64,000 nucleotides of DNA from Trichoplax adhaerens (Eukaryota > Animalia > Placozoa). The notes beneath the pieces were generated by a model that was not told where the DNA came from, searched no databases, and saw only the letters and a list, made by a program, of their open reading frames with translations. Numbering within the stretch: the first letter of the stretch is position 1; every line of letters begins with the position of its first letter. This document shows positions 1 through 20,072 of this stretch, piece after piece. Both the position numbers and the translations under genes were made by a program. The stretch lies in assembly GCF_000150275.1 (NCBI RefSeq), contig NW_002060957.1, positions 294,970-358,969 on the forward strand, in the 5' to 3' direction.

Positions 1-3000
1 TTGAATTCAGTAGTTGGGACCCATCTTTCGCAAGTAACTCACTCTCTTCTCCTCTTACCTCCAATGATTACTAAAACGTATTTGCCGGATTTAATTTTGT
101 TGGTCTCATGCCTTGATGACTTTCTATGCTTACTACCAGGCATAGAATCAGTTGATAAAGAATTGGAGAACTTATCTAATGGTAAAGTATTTTTCTTTAA
201 TTATTTACTAATTATTAAATATACAAATTCGTAACTTAACGCTATGCATCAAATTACTATTCTTCAGAGAAAACGGAAACAAGCGATAAGGAATTTGGAT
301 TAGAATATAAAGAGCCATATGTATGGCTACTAGATATTCAACGTACTTGCTGTTTTTTAATCGGCCGCTGCATAGGTGGCATGTTGTATGACATGCCGTC
401 ATGTAATGAAGATATCGTCAACTATTGGATTAAAAGCACTTTATTGCAGAACGGCTTTGAAGAGTGTATTAATGAAGGTATTCTGATGTTGAATAATCCA
501 TATTAAATTGTTAGTATAATTAAATTTTAAATGTCATTTCTTTAGATGAATACCATCGACGTGTAATTTCAGAAGAGGAAATGGAAAATTTGATCATTAA
601 AATCAATCCTAGCATAGTTGGATTAATAAATCCTAATAAAAGTGATACAGCAACTGAGCTACTTTGGCAACACGTGAGAGAATGGTTGGATGATGATGGT
701 ATTAATTGTCTTATTACAAAGTTACATTATATGATTGCGTCTTAAACCTACTTTATTATTAACTCTTTCACATTAGGCCAGGATGAGCTAAGTACTAAAT
801 ATAATGTCTTATTGGATGATGCTTGTAAGTATGCTTTAGCAAGCATGTTGAAACACTGTCGATTTGCTGGCGTTGATATAATTAACTCAAGGTAATTGCA
901 TTGAGTCAATATTTACATCATCATTTTTCCAGCCATTCCTACTGAATAATTAATGCATATTTTAGACAATCGAACGATTCACCGCTAAGATTAGTATTAA
1001 CAAATCTCAATAAACTAAGGACGAACTTAACTTCTTGGATTAAAAAATTCAAAGGCTTTGGTGGTAGGTTTTAAAAATTTATATTCTGACGGTGTATAAT
1101 ATCCTGTTACAATTTACGGTTATGTCTAAAAGATTTTAATTTCAATTTCTATTCCTAACTCTTAGATAATTCATTCAAGAAGATACAGGATCGTTTAAAG
1201 TCTTTTGCTCTATTTTTATGCTGTTATATAAAATCGGCATTGCTCGCTAACAATGATGAAGTTCAATTTGTGGTTGAACAATTTTTTATGAAAAAAGTGG
1301 CATCAGGTTAGATTAGCGAATAGTGTCATAGAATTTGCGTATTAATTATTGTCATAATAGTTAAAATGAGGACAATTTGATCTTAAGGATCTTCAAATGA
1401 ACAAAACGAAGGTCTATCAAGTGGAAGCACGAATGCTGCAAATAACAGTGGTAACATTGACATTGGAGTAAAAGGGCTAGCAAATAAATTAGAACCTAAC
1501 CGTCAGAATGCTATCCTTCGACAAATGAAGCAGATATGTGATCAAGTAGCGAAATTTATGTCACTAGCCATAGCAGCAACATCGTCAAGTTGTAAGAATA
1601 TCGATCTGCCATCTATGATCATTGATATTGCCCGTAATAGTAGGCAGAAATCAGAGGTAATACCTGAATTTATTATTTAAACTATTAATTAATTATTAGT
1701 TAACTGATAATTTTAATGTTCATTATTATTAACACTGATGAAACATAAAACCTCAATTCTATCTGTTAAAATACAACATCTGCTTTATACAGATGAGAAT
1801 TTATGGGCTCAAAGTTTTATTGACGCTATTATCTCCTGATGTTACACCACCTGATTTGATTCATTCTGCTGAAGTAACACCACGATTTTCATTGCCGTCG
1901 CTTCCGTCATGCCAAGTGCAATTTCTTATTGGTTGTTTTGGTAACATTCCATCAATAAAGTTGGACACAAATTTTACCCATTACCAGGTAAGGCAAAAAT
2001 GACTTGAAATAATAATTGTTCCGATCTGATGTTAGTGAGTTATATTGACTGTAATCCATATTGCTGTTTATATTTCTATCTTGTGAAGGATATGACGTTT
2101 TTTAATACAACTGAAGCTCAGTTGGAAATGCAAGGTGCAACCCATCGTTTATATCGTATGCTGCTAGGATTGTTACATCGGTATCTATGTGATAAGGATA
2201 GCGATCAAAATACTTGGTCGTGCACGATATTGGTACTTCTCCAGTCATTAAGTCTATATCACAATTATGAAGATTTAAAAGTTCTTATTAGCAGTGAAGT
2301 AGTTAATATCCTTAGTCGTCTTATTAATAAAGTCAATCCATTGAAGATGTCGCTACATTCAAGAAGTGTGGCCTTTTCACCTCAGACACCATTTCATATT
2401 GCCAGCAAGAATTGGTTGCAGTTATTGATGTCTGTAGCAAGTTTAAGATTACTGCAGATATTTTGTATAAGTGTTTGTTTAACTTCAAAATCGTTCTCTA
2501 AAGTAACCATGGATTCAATCGGGGAAATATTGTGGCAGCTTCTATTAAAACTAAAGAAATGTCGTCATACATTGTTAGGCACTGATTGGAATCTATCAGC
2601 ATTTTTGGTATTTATAAGAAGACTGTCATTTTCAAATAGTTTTATTTCTACTATAAGTTCCACGAAGTGGGTCAAAAGCCTTCTTGAAATTAATAACTCA
2701 TATTTGGAGACCAGCGGTGATGGTGTTATCAGTATACAACAACGGTTACTGTCTATTAACTTACTAAAATGTACTCTATCAGCTTTGACCGCTGATGAGC
2801 ATGTTATACGGCAAATTATTGAATCGCTTTTCGATAATATATCCGATATGATGTCATTTATTCAACCGTCAACAGAGTATAGTGATTACTCGAAATTAAT
2901 TGTGGATTATACTACTGATTCTCCCATGAACTTAGATCCTGCTATACCTATTAAAGCCAATTTTGATCCTGATCTTACGATATGCTGTACGGTTGAAAAT

Positions 3001-6000
3001 CTTACTACTCTAGTTCATAGTGTAAATGGGCGAGGATACGGCATTGCCGCTTCTAGCATAAAATCTGGTACTCGACGATGGAATTTCTATGTAACACAGG
3101 ATACACGAAATAGCGATGGTGTTTGTATTGGTATGACACGTTATCCAATAACCGATTATAATTATCGCACAACTTCGGATATGTGGTTATATCGTGCTTG
3201 TAACGGTAGTTTGTATCATGGTGGTGAACTTCCTTCATCAACTTTTCCATCTTATGCTGGTGGTGATTATATTACTGTTATTGTTGATATGCAATCATGT
3301 AATATTGCATTTGGTAAAAATGATGAAGAGCCGATGATAGCTTTTGAAAATATCGATCGTCAAGAATTACTTCCTGTAATTGTATTTGGCAATAATAGCC
3401 CTGGAGAAAGAATTTCATTACTGGATATGAGAATTGACGGCCCACCAATTGATCTTATAGCTGGTGATCCATTATGTGCTCCTAGTCATGTCATTAGTGC
3501 ACAAGCCTTGGTTGAGCTCATAAGAGAATTGCATGAAAATAAGAATTGGAAAACAATTATAAACGAAACCATTATAAATCGTTTGACAATTAATGATAAC
3601 GTCTTAATCGCAAATAACGATGAAGCTGATGGTGTTACCTACAGCCACATTTTCCCCCATCATCAAATCAGTGATAGCATCGTGTACAGTGTTGCTTTTA
3701 ATGTTGATTCACTGGAAGAGCATCAGGATCCAGATTATCCTAAATTATGTCTGCATACTTTATGCAGATTAGCTTGGCCGGCTCTAGCAGTATTGGGTGG
3801 CATCGATTGTGGTTATAGGGTTGGTAGTACTTGTCAGCATCAACCAAGTTCGCGAATAGTAACACTTCTTGGCATGAAACGAAGTTACAGTAAACTTGTA
3901 ACAGTACTATGGAATGATACCGATGCAGCTGTGAGGTTGACAAATCATTTTGTTATAACTTACTACTATTTATAGATAGTAATTAGTAATAAATGAGATT
4001 ATCCAAATCTTGTAAGATTTTTTGCTAACTTTATGTTCTATCTTGCTTGTATTATCTTTTTAGTGAGATTCCTTTAGCTCAGCTAAAGTTGTACAAGCCG
4101 AAGTCTTTTGATATAGATGGATTAGACTGTATTAATGCCGATGTTATACAAAGCATTATTTATCTTTCTGGCCTCCCTGAGAATCCTTTGAAAGAGTATC
4201 GTGCAAATTCGCTTTTTGATGGTGATAATGTACAAGATCATGACATTGCCTCTACAGCTTTTGCAAACTCTGTCGACTCAGCACATTTGCGCGAGGGTAA
4301 TGATGTTCAGTTGCCTAGATGGATATCATCTTACTATAAGTTAATTCAAATAAGGCAAGATAGCGAGCTCAATACTGTTAAATTATCACACTTGCAGTTT
4401 ACAGCCACGAAGGCTTTGATGATTTTAATCAGTTGTAGAAAATTTACACAGTTACTGTCTGGACAAGAAGCAGTAGAACTATATGATAGTTGTACGAATG
4501 ACTCACTAAAGCAAGTCTGCATCCCCTTTATGAAGTATTTTGTGCGAAGTGCTATTTCATCATCGCCAATTCGCCGATTTATCCCTTTTACAGAATTTGA
4601 TCGAGTTTTCTCTGTTTTTGTCACTAAAATTCAAGGTTTTATTAATAAAAATGAATGGGATAGAGAATCCTTATCCTCTTCACCAACCAAAATAAAGTCT
4701 GTTGATGCAGCAGAAATGGCTGGTAGAATTGTTGGCGATCACTCAGCAAGAGCAATTAGTGATAAAAGCGGTTTGACTGTTGCAAATATTTCTACATCGA
4801 TTTCTGGGCCATTATTAGAGATGGGTTTTTCACGAACACAAATTCAAATGGCTATTGAAGCAACAGCTGATGAAAATACTATTCCAAATATTCGTGATAT
4901 GTTATCATGGTTACTTAGATCTGAAATTAGATCACAATTACACTCTACCGATGATCATGCCGCTACTTCTGCTCGTCATTTTCATGTTCATGATCAGAGT
5001 ACGCCTACTCATGTCAATCAACTAAATAGCCATCTTTTTGATCAATCTACGCGTATGTCACAGTTATCTGGCCATAGTGTAATTGGCAGTGCAACTACCC
5101 AAGTGCCCACTTTACATGCTTCTAATGAAGTCTGTGAGTTATGTTTACTTAACTCAAGTAATATGGACAGGCATATGCGTAGTTATCATCCAGGCTGTAA
5201 TTCAAATTCTTCTGTTAATCAAGTTTGCGGATCTGGAACTCCCTATTATCTATGTCCTTCTTGCCGTAGCAACTATTTGCGGCAGTATGGTAGTGGAGGT
5301 GAAATAACAACAAAATTATCTACAGTTGAAAATCGTTACAGCTTTGGAAGATTTAAATTACTAGAGGAAGCATTTGATCTCCTTAGCCCATCTGATAGAT
5401 CGAAAACAAGTCAAGGACTAGTTATTGATGCCAATGATACTGCCGATTTACGTTTAGCAAGTGATAGTTTCGATGATATAGCGCCTGTTCTTAAATTTTC
5501 TTTTATCGATTTTAAAGATAATATCATGCAGTATGATCAAACTGATTCATTAGGCAATCACTTTGCCTGTTATGCACACTGCCAAATAAATTCAGAAGGC
5601 AGCCAACAATCTACTCGAAGTGTAACTATAGAAAAGAAAAAACTTCGTGGGTCTCTGGCGCAGCAAGGCCAACGCTTGAAAAGCAAATCTGATCGAATTT
5701 TTGCTATGCGTCGATGTACCGTAGCATCCCAGATTTGCGCAGCTAGAATAACAACAACCTATTTATTGGCCTTGTTTTATTATTTACCTTCACATGCGGA
5801 AAAATTAAAGTATTTACATGTTCTTGAACTTGATGATGCTGACAAGTTGATTAAATTGTTGCAAATTGCAATTGCTGGTAGAATAGATCAAGATTATGTT
5901 AGTATGTATGGTAAGTTGAAATGTTAGCTTTGAATGTTATCACCATTTTACTCCTTATTTAATCAGTCTCAACTTTGTTATTAGGTATATCTTCAGCAGA

Positions 6001-9000
6001 ACAAATTGACGTTATAATTTCTGCAATCAATGTATTAATATCCTATGACCAATCCGCTTTTCGACAAGTGGTTTTATTATGCACCTATGACTTGTCTAAG
6101 GTTGCATTTGGAGAAGGAATTAATAATGATGGAACTAACATTTTAACCGATCCTAAAGCAGCAATATCAGATCACCAAATATTTTGCTCATCAAGAAATC
6201 TATCAATTGTCAAGTCGTTAATTGAAACAGTGATTGATTCATTAGCGGCACATTCGCAGCAAAATCAGGCTTGGATTCCGACGAGATCTCATCACATACT
6301 CGGAAACAAGGACCTTTTACTACCACTATTGAATGTTTTAGCTGCTTGTAGCATAAGTAAACTTTTACCTTCATGGGAACGTTCGTGGGCTGCTTATCAA
6401 CTTGCAATACTGATGGGTAAATTAGCTCATTTCGGTTCCAAATCAGATACCAAGATAACTTTCAAGTCCCTCAAGAGTTTGCAATGTTACTTGCCATCTT
6501 GTTCAACTCAATTATTATCAGCACATAAGACGCCAGTTATATCATTGTCTTGTCATTTTGATTCTGGACTTGTTGTTATTAGTACTGTTAGTAATACGGT
6601 CTATTTAAGGGAACTTAAAACTGGTGGCTACCATGCTACAGTGCTGGATGTTGAAGAAACTGATACTAATATAGATTGCGATGACGCCAACTTATTTCAT
6701 GAAGAAAATAAAATCCGAAAATATATTGGTAATTTACAATTCAATTCCAATGGAAAATATTTCGCTGGTAGTAAGCGTAGGAAGATTTATTTTGGTGTTA
6801 CCTCCAATGGTAAACGTTCAGTTTATACACAAGCATGCCATGTAACGTGTTTGACGTGGCCACGATATCGACGTATCAACTCAGGTGAAGAAAATATAAG
6901 AGACTATTTACTAGTGGGAACAGAGAATGGCGACGTATTTATATTGGAAGTCAACAATAATGACGCGTTACAGAAAAGACCTATGCCAGCATTTCAGCGA
7001 TCTTCAGCCATTACATCATTAGCTTGGCACAGTACATCAAGCTATTTTATAGTTGCTAGCGCTGATGGCATCATCCAAATTGGATTGCTATCTCACCTAT
7101 TCGATCCAGTAGAAATATATCGACATCCGGATGAATGTGATATTACTACTAGTTGGGATGTGTCAGGAAGGTATTTATCGATCATTGTAGCCAGTCATGA
7201 TGACTCAACTGCTATGATTTGGGTGGAAGATAATCAAGAACTTAAGCTAGACTTTACAATTCCACTCAATACTACAATCATTAAATGGTCAAATGGATTT
7301 GTAGATAAAACGGGTGAGACATGTTTATTTGCTACTGGAGACGATATTGGCTTAATTCGAATGTATGTTGTATCATATCAGGGAGTTTCATCTAATTTTG
7401 AACATCAATCGATTTCGCCCGTAAGTGCATTCGAACGTAAGCAATTCAATAGTAAAAATTTATCGCGTCATCAATATTCTAATATTTATCACCTTTACAA
7501 TATTGCTGGCCATGAGGATAGTATTGTTTCGTTAGCATTCATTTCAAATGACTCCGTCCTAGTGTCTTTGTGTGCAGATCATCAGGTTAATTTTTGGTCC
7601 GCTTATGATGGAATCCCGTTACAAACATACCAAAGCAATAAACCCGTTGTTTGTTTTGAATCTTTGGGTAACTTTGGCCTTGCCTTAGGCAGCGTAGGAT
7701 TGAAGGACGTTACTGTATTTCTGTTTAATGATGATTGGTTGGAGAAAATCCGTTATTCTGCAGTATCAAAACATTCCTTGCATTTATGTGGTTTTACTCA
7801 ATTAGATATTGCACCTTGTTTATGTGGATTGATTAAAAATCTACCAGCCATCATGTTAGAACAGTATACTTATGAAAAATGTATTATTAAAGATGGCGAT
7901 CAATTAATGCACAGCCGTTACCTTCAAAGTCTCACATCAATCGTTTGTACACTGAATTTAGATAGAATTATTTGTTATGATCCGATAAAGCGCTCCATAA
8001 ATTTAGAAACGATATATCCATTACCGGAATGGAAATGGCTTGTAGATTATTGTAGGGCAGAACAACTCTGTGTATCACTTCAATGTAGTCGACAGCAGAA
8101 TTTGTTCCAACTAATCACTTCTACCAAGGAGAACGAAATTCTTCCACCTTGGAAATTGGCCATGGATCGTGAAATTATAGAATGGGTTACAGATAGACCG
8201 CAAGATTGGAAAATGAGTGCAAAATGTGAAGCTTATACATGGGGTGGTGGCCGCCATGGCCAATTAGCTGAATCAGGCCGACTAGTCTTACAGCCGACAT
8301 TAACGAGTTCATTTTCTAAAGCTAAGCAAATTCATTGTGGCCATAATAGTACTTTCGTTATTGAACATGATGGCACGGTTCTTGCTTGCGGTGAAGGAAG
8401 TTATGGTCGACTAGGGCAAGGTAATTCGGACGACTTGCCGCGCCTTAGGCCTATTACAGCCTTACAAGGATTTGTTGTAACAGAATTAGCAACATCGACA
8501 GGTTTGGAGGGGCATTCACTCGCATTGACTGAAACGGGCGAAGTATTTAGTTGGGGAGATGGTGATTATGGAAAACTGGGTCATGGAAATAGCGAACGTC
8601 AGCGCCGCCCAAGACAGATTGAAGCATTAAGAGGAGAAGATGTTCTTCATGTTGCATGTGGCCATAAACATTCAGCTATTGTTACTGTTGATGGCAAGCT
8701 ATTTACGTTTGGCGCTAGCGACTTAGGGCGATTAGGTTTAGGTAATACTAGCAATAAAAAATTGCCAGCACAAGTTACCGCTCTACAACCAATCATGGTA
8801 GAATTGATTGCATGTGGTGCTAATCATACCGTTGTTGTTACAACGGATCGAGAGTCAGTGTGGACTTTTGGCGAAGGGGAGTATGGACAACTAGGCTTAG
8901 GTAGAACCACAGCTAAAATGACCCCCCAATATGTTGATGCATTTAGTAAATTGAACATTAAGAAGATATGCTGTGGTGCTCGTTTTACTTTAGCGTTAAC

Positions 9001-11867
9001 AAAAGAAGGGAAAGTTTATTCTTGTGGTCACAATCGATGTAACGGGATTTTCGAAGTCGATACGCAGCACGCCGACTATTATCCGCAACAAGTTATGGCT
9101 TTATCCGAGCAATTTATAGAGGATATTGCAGCTGGTTATGAACATGCCTTAGCACTAACGAAAGAGGGAGATGTTTGGAGTTGGGGCAATGATACAGATG
9201 GACAAGTAAGACTCAATAGTAGTCAAAAGTTTTTCTTATCCATTTAATGCTAATGGTAGTAAAATGCCAATATAATTTATGCTCACTCATTTATCCAATT
9301 TATCACTCAGCTTGGATTAGGTCAAACGCTACCACAACGGGAACCTTGCCTTATATCAAGTCTTCAAGGGAAAGGCATTCGCCAGGTAAACGCTTCTTTA
9401 TTCAACATTTTTGTTAGCATTTCTGCTTAATTACCTTAGTATATTGACCTATTACTTTTATTAGATTTCAGCTGGACATAATCACAGTGCAGCGTGGACA
9501 GTAGCGCCAGCAAGTATTCGAAAAGCTATGGCAACGTCAAGTTCATTGGAATTAGGTTTACCGGAAAGAATACCAGAAATCTATGGTTCCCTTGCTGGGA
9601 TAGATATACAACTGATCAGATCTAGATTACAATATCTGTTAGACATGTCCGAAGCTATTTATTATTCCTGGAGATTACTTGATTTATGTCCTAAAAAGGT
9701 ATATTGTATTCTGTTTGCTTTCAGCTGTTTACATCAGCTATCTTGAGATCAATAACTGTACTTATTAAATTTTTCTAATAGTTGAGCCATATCAGCAACG
9801 GATTTATGGGCATCATGCAAGGATTTTTGCGCCCTTTATTACCAACACGAGTAACGATGCAACCATTCCTTCGTCACATCAGTAAAACCATGCTACACAA
9901 TCGTAATTTTGGACCAACGGTCAAGGTGGAGCGATTAAGCACTCGGTAAAGACTGACAATAACACAGTATTAACAATATACCCATGAAACTCTAACAAAT
10001 AGTTTTATTCACACTTTTAAATTAGTGATGAACATTGTAAGCCTATTTTCGTCCAAATTGCGCAGCAAGTGATGCAATCCAACTTAGCTGAGCTATGTCT
10101 GCCTATGAGAGCCTGGAAAGTTAAGCTAGTGGGTGAAGGTGCTGATGATGCTGGTGGAGTCTTTGATGATACAGTTAGTGAAATGTGTAAGGTATGCTGT
10201 AGTACTGAAAGTTACTTGAAGATATTTTAAAGTTTTAATACCCGTGCTCAAAAATTACACTTAAATTATAAAATTACTAGGAATTAGAAAGCAATGATGT
10301 CTCACTACTTATTCCAACGCCAAATTCAGTTGATCAACTTGGCTACAATCAGGATAGGTAGTTATCGTGTATATGATATTGATATAATATCTTGAAAAGG
10401 TGGAATGCTTACTCTGTTGTATTGTTTGTTTACAATCCGTAAGATTTATTATTAACCCGTCAGCATCATCGATAGAAGAATTGAAAAAATTTGAATTCTT
10501 GGGAGTGTTACTCGGTATAAGTGTACGATCAAAAAAGCCATTAGATCTTCACTTGTCTCCGACAGTTTGGAAGCAGATATGTGGCATTCCATTAACTGAA
10601 GGCGATATTGAAGAGGTATCAATTATATTATGGTTACTACTCACTCGTTTCAATCTAAACTACAATACATCAAAAGATTTCGTGTTAGCGTATAAATGAA
10701 TTTGGGCATTTACTGTTTCCGCGTAAGATTAATTAACTTTGTCGTATAAATATAGGTTGATACTTTATTTATCCAAACTATGCGAAGTCTTCGAGACGTA
10801 GAATATAATGATATTGACGAGAACACATTCCAGGAGGTATTATTAAGATGAATAAATTCTTAATTGATACGTCATATGGATGTATATTTGTTCGACTTAT
10901 TATACTATGTTTGTATTCTTGGTAGTATTTTCCCATAAGTACCTTTGTTGCTAAAGATTCGAATGGCAAGTTTGTTCCTATCGTTCCTGGTGGTAGAAAT
11001 ATTGAATTATCATACAATACGAGAATGAATTATGTTAAATCTGCAATCGAATTTAGATTGCATGAAGTAGATTCCCAGGTAATTTGATTATACAATCAGT
11101 TATACTGTAAGCTTTTTAATTTATACCATTGTTGCGGGTTTGAAGTTTATGATTATCAATGTCAATATATTGTAAATTTAGATCGCTGCTATTAGAAAGG
11201 GAATGTCATGGGTCATTCCCGTTCCATTATTATCTTTTATGACCGAATTACAGTTGGAAAAGATCACTTGTGGGGCAGCTGAGATTGATATCTCGGTACT
11301 TAAAAGTATGATTAGGTACGATTTAAAATCTTTCTTCTACAAGCAATACAATCTGTTCGTATACTTAACTATCTATCGAGGTAGTTAATTTCTTTTGCCA
11401 TGTCTTTAGTTTTAAAGCAGGAGAAGAAATAAATCAATTATTGTCCTGGTTATGGTCTATTTTGGAATCATTTAGTAGTAAGGAGAAAGTCCTTTTCATG
11501 CGTTTCATTTCTGGTAGATCTAGACTACCATCAAATAAAATGGATTTAGGGCAAAAATTTCAAGTTATCAAGGTTGATCGGGTAAGTATTTTCGCGATCG
11601 TATTATCAGCTTTACGAATAGGTGAATATTTAGCTGCTTCACTAGCGTTAATTGGTGTCTTATGCTCTTCAGCCGTTAGATTCTTTGCCTATGTCGCAAA
11701 CATGTTTCTTCCAATTACGACTACCATCTTATTCATCACAAGAGGTTATGGCAGAGAAGCTACGTTATGCTATCAGTAACTGCCGATCAATAGATACCGA
11801 TAATTATATGTTGGCTAATAATGATATTACTGAGGCGCCCGGAGATCTTGCTGATGAAATGTTGTAG
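1..11867 (+). CDS. HERC1: HERC1-like giant HECT E3 ubiquitin ligase, multi-exon, 5' part lies outside the window
   Basis: Domain order SPRY (about 2950-3430: [25 protein letters not shown]), UBA-like (LLEMGFS), Cys/His motif ([13 protein letters not shown]), WD40 repeats, RCC1-like domain ([27 protein letters not shown]), then HECT ([20 protein letters not shown]; [18 protein letters not shown]; [11 protein letters not shown]) ending at TAG 11865-11867. GT-AG introns link the ORF pieces. Confidence 0.95.
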
Positions 11868-12630
11868 ACATTAATTTCTTTACGGAAAGAGTAGTTTTGG
11901 TTATTAGTATCTATTAGTTGTATATTAGACTGCATCTTTTCGAAGTTGTGCTACTGTATATTTGCAAGAATCGATAACTTTGATCCGCTGCCATAGTATT
12001 GTACTATTTGATTTTTAGAAAGAAACTGTTATTTACGTAAAGTTGAACTTAAATTATGGCATTTGTATCGCACCGTATTCTTTTTCCACACTGTTAATTG
12101 CCTAATAAGGCTTATTCATCTAGTTGTACTTGCTTAAATAATTTTTTTAAATAATACGACCTAGTATACAATTGTGAAAACTGAATTTTTATCTATTTTT
12201 GTACTAATATCGGAAATTAGCTCTTGAAGGCTGTACATTAATACAAGCAATTTACAGCGTCCGCTGAATATGTATCAAGATATATTTTGCTTATATCAGT
12301 CATTGGACACAATTTTATTACATGAATCTGTGCGCTGTTTGCTAATCGGTGCAATTGTAAATATACAGGAAAGACAATGGTTGATTAACTTTAACACACA
12401 ATAACATTATTTATGCTGTCATGGCATAAGTTGCTATTGCTAGCGTTAATTCCGATATTAACGCTTGCTTTCAAAATGCTGTAGCAAACTAGGATATAGT
12501 TAAATTAAATTTTATGATTTATAAACGGTTGTGATAAACCTGTTGGAATTATTTTACTGATTTAATTATAATAAAGTGAAAACAAGCCGTTCTATTGGCG
12601 ATTTAATGATCAACCTTTGCAGATTGATAG

Positions 12631-14106
<1,476 letters not shown>

Positions 14107-15081
14107 TCAGGGAAACGCTGGCTTCACGTCAAAAAAAAAGCACCGTATCTATTCTAGAACTAAAATCTCATTGACTTTGGTAATTCTTTAGTATATTATA
14201 AATAATTAATTGGACGAAAATATTCTCATTTCTACTACAGTAGACTTGGTCGTTGTAACTAATCGTCGTGAGTATAGCTGCCACTGAATAAAATTGCTTG
14301 TAATTCTATCATTAAATTACAAGTATCGCTTCAAGAATGACTGAGAGAAGATCAACTTGAAACATTTATTCCATATTAGTATACCCTAGACGGCGATAAT
14401 TAATATCTTGAATGATGTCAATCGTTCCTCCATTAAACTATGTAATGATTAAGCAAGGAGAGTACTGTGCCAATTATTCGATAGAGATATTGTAGATTCA
14501 AGTAAGAAATAAACGCGAAAGCTCCTATTTTCCCAACAATTAATGATAATTCTGAATTAAAACTAGGCTTTGCCTTGATGAATAGTATCTTTGTTTATAA
14601 TTGATAGTACTTACCTATCTATCTATCTCTTCTTATACTGTCTATTATAAAACAGAAGACTTCAAATCGGCTGACGAGTTGAGTAAAATTTCTGCTTTTT
14701 ATTGCTGTGGCATACAAATATTGATAACATGTATAATTATGCAATATTAACGTATAATAGAACTTGATAGATACTACTAAATTTTGTATATATTGTAGAA
14801 GGCGAAATAAGAACAATACTTAAATTAATAAAAAAACAAGTTCTAGTTTACATTAATCATCGGACAATAATTCATATCATTATATAATATGTATATTCCA
14901 ACGCGAAATAGACGTATTGTTGTGGATGCGGTTTATTAAGTATAATGTAATTTGCAATTATTTTATGCTATATGGAATCATTGATATCAAACTATTGTAT
15001 CAAACGATTTAGTTGAATAGTGCCTATATAAAACTTAACATAGACAACTACCGTATAGATTCCGTAGACAGCGGCCTTGAA

Positions 15082-15095
15082 ATTACCATAGCAAC
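15082..15095. promoter_or_regulatory. RFX X-box-like element in the divergent ZNF474-like / CaMK-like spacer
   Basis: ATTACCATAGCAAC fits the RYYNYY-AT-RRNRAC X-box pattern. A weaker match, GTTGTCAGGGAAAC, lies at 14103-14116. Confidence 0.45.
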
Positions 15096-17329
15096 ATAAA
15101 CACATCAACAGTTGTAATTAGGTAGGGTAAGGTTAATGTACTGTTTAGCGATATAGTAGGCTGAGCTATGCATTGTTACTCATCATAGGAATAGCATTGA
15201 CAAGGCTAAGATTTGATTGCTACTGTAACAATCTTTCTTAATCACAGCAATACAAGACTTTAAGACAATTTTATTTTATATTTGCTTTACTCCACTCAAT
15301 AATTTGGTAAGTGTTTTAAATAAATACTAAGAATTCAATACCTTGAGATGTAATTAAAGATCAACAGAATAGAGAATGAGGATACATTATATTTAACGAT
15401 AGTATTTATTTCAGCTTGATTTTAATCTTAGTGTGCTAGCTTTATCTATTCAATTGATCTGCTGATATAACTTCTGTCATGATAACAATTAATGGTTGCC
15501 AAGATGTTCAATTTGCTTGAAAATCTTGCCCTTTGCAAGGGGGTTCAATTAACCCTTGATTCGTCAAATAGATCGCTAGATAATGATCTAAACGATCGGA
15601 TAGTACAATAAAAATATAGTAGCCGATCAACCACCCCACTGAGAATTTGGTCATTCCAGGTAATGCATCGATAGGACCTAAGCTTTTGCCTAAAATTCGT
15701 CAATAGAACAAAAAATAAAAGCGCTACCTTTTTTATCCTTAAACTGACAGTACAGTATAAACAAGCTATAAATTATCCGAAAGAACTTATATTTTGCTTA
15801 CATTATTTAAAATGTCCAGAAAACATCAGCTTACTTTCAAGAATACAAAGCTAGCTGATTCATTATTTTAGTTCTGATAGCTTACATGTAACTGCTAGGG
15901 TAAAACAACAGCACCCATTTCAAAATAGCTATCATGATCGCTATCTGATCAGCTTTATCTATGGGATAGACGATAGAGAAGGATAGAGTAGCTGTCTAAT
16001 TAACTTTATTTCCTTATAAAGCTGTCCAAATTACATCCTTATTAATTGTAGGAAATTAGTTTAATCTTTAATGTAGAAACCATGTTATTTACTGACTAAT
16101 ATTAAATTTGCAACACCAGGAACGATGACTGTACAAAATTCCATACCAATATTAATTCTTTCATAGAAAAAGTAACTGTAATATCAATAAGAAAGTAAAG
16201 TATTTATAATTATACTCAAGATTACATGTCTATGGTTCATTTGCTTTGTATCCCTAACAACGTAGACGGCAACCTTAACTACTTCAGAAATGGAAGTTGT
16301 AGATAGTGTTATGATCCTGTAGAGCTTACTGAACTCGTAACTGCTCCGTATGGCTAAACATTCAGCTTATTCGTGTTCCATCCAAGGGTAGTCTTCTCGT
16401 CTGATCTGGCATAAAGAATATAAAATATGCATAATGCTGGCTAATGAATTATCTTACATACTTTTATATAAAAAGATTCTTTCAAAATTATTAAAGGCAT
16501 GAGATCTTAAAGCTACGTATGCCAACGTATGAAAATAGCAGATTAATAGTTCAGATTTCTACAGTAAGGTACAGAATTTATCTAATGAGATGCAAAAGTA
16601 TGATCTGCTATCACATATATATTTTTGAGATAAAATTACTGTACACTTTCAACGTATTCCCAGCTCATTATCTTATGACATAATTAAATTCTTAATGATG
16701 ACAGGTAACTTATGGAGCATGGGCTTAATTAGTAGTATTGATGTTGTCACGAGAAAAGTATGATATTACAAGAGATGAGCTACTTTAAATACTATGTTCC
16801 TGAAAAATTTGTAATCGGCTAAAGCACTCTAGAACTTTCTATGATGGCACATGTAGCTTGCTCCGACATTATAATGCATTTTGTCCTTTAATAGAAATAA
16901 ATTTTAACAGTCGGTATTAGTTTAGCTTGTTTACTTTATCGTTATTAGATTATTCTTGTAATACATGATCTATTCAGAGCTTTTCTGCCATATAAATCTA
17001 AATATGCTGAATTTGAGGAGTAATCGTTATTTCATATCCTATTCCAAGATAATGGCAAAAGCGAATAATTTGCTCGTGAAGTCATACTTACTTGGACGAG
17101 TTGTAAAGTTGCTAATTAATTTACTCCATTCTCAGGGTAGTGACAAACACGAATAATTAGTTCATGCAGTTATGTTTACTAAGAAGAGTTGTAAAATTAC
17201 TAATTAATTTACTCTTAGCACTCATTCATATCGCTTTGCAAGTATATTTCCTTGATACTTGATAAAATACATTAAAAAAAATAATTATATTAATGATATA
17301 TTACTTAATTTATTATAGATTTATCCGAT

Positions 17330-20072
<2,743 letters not shown>

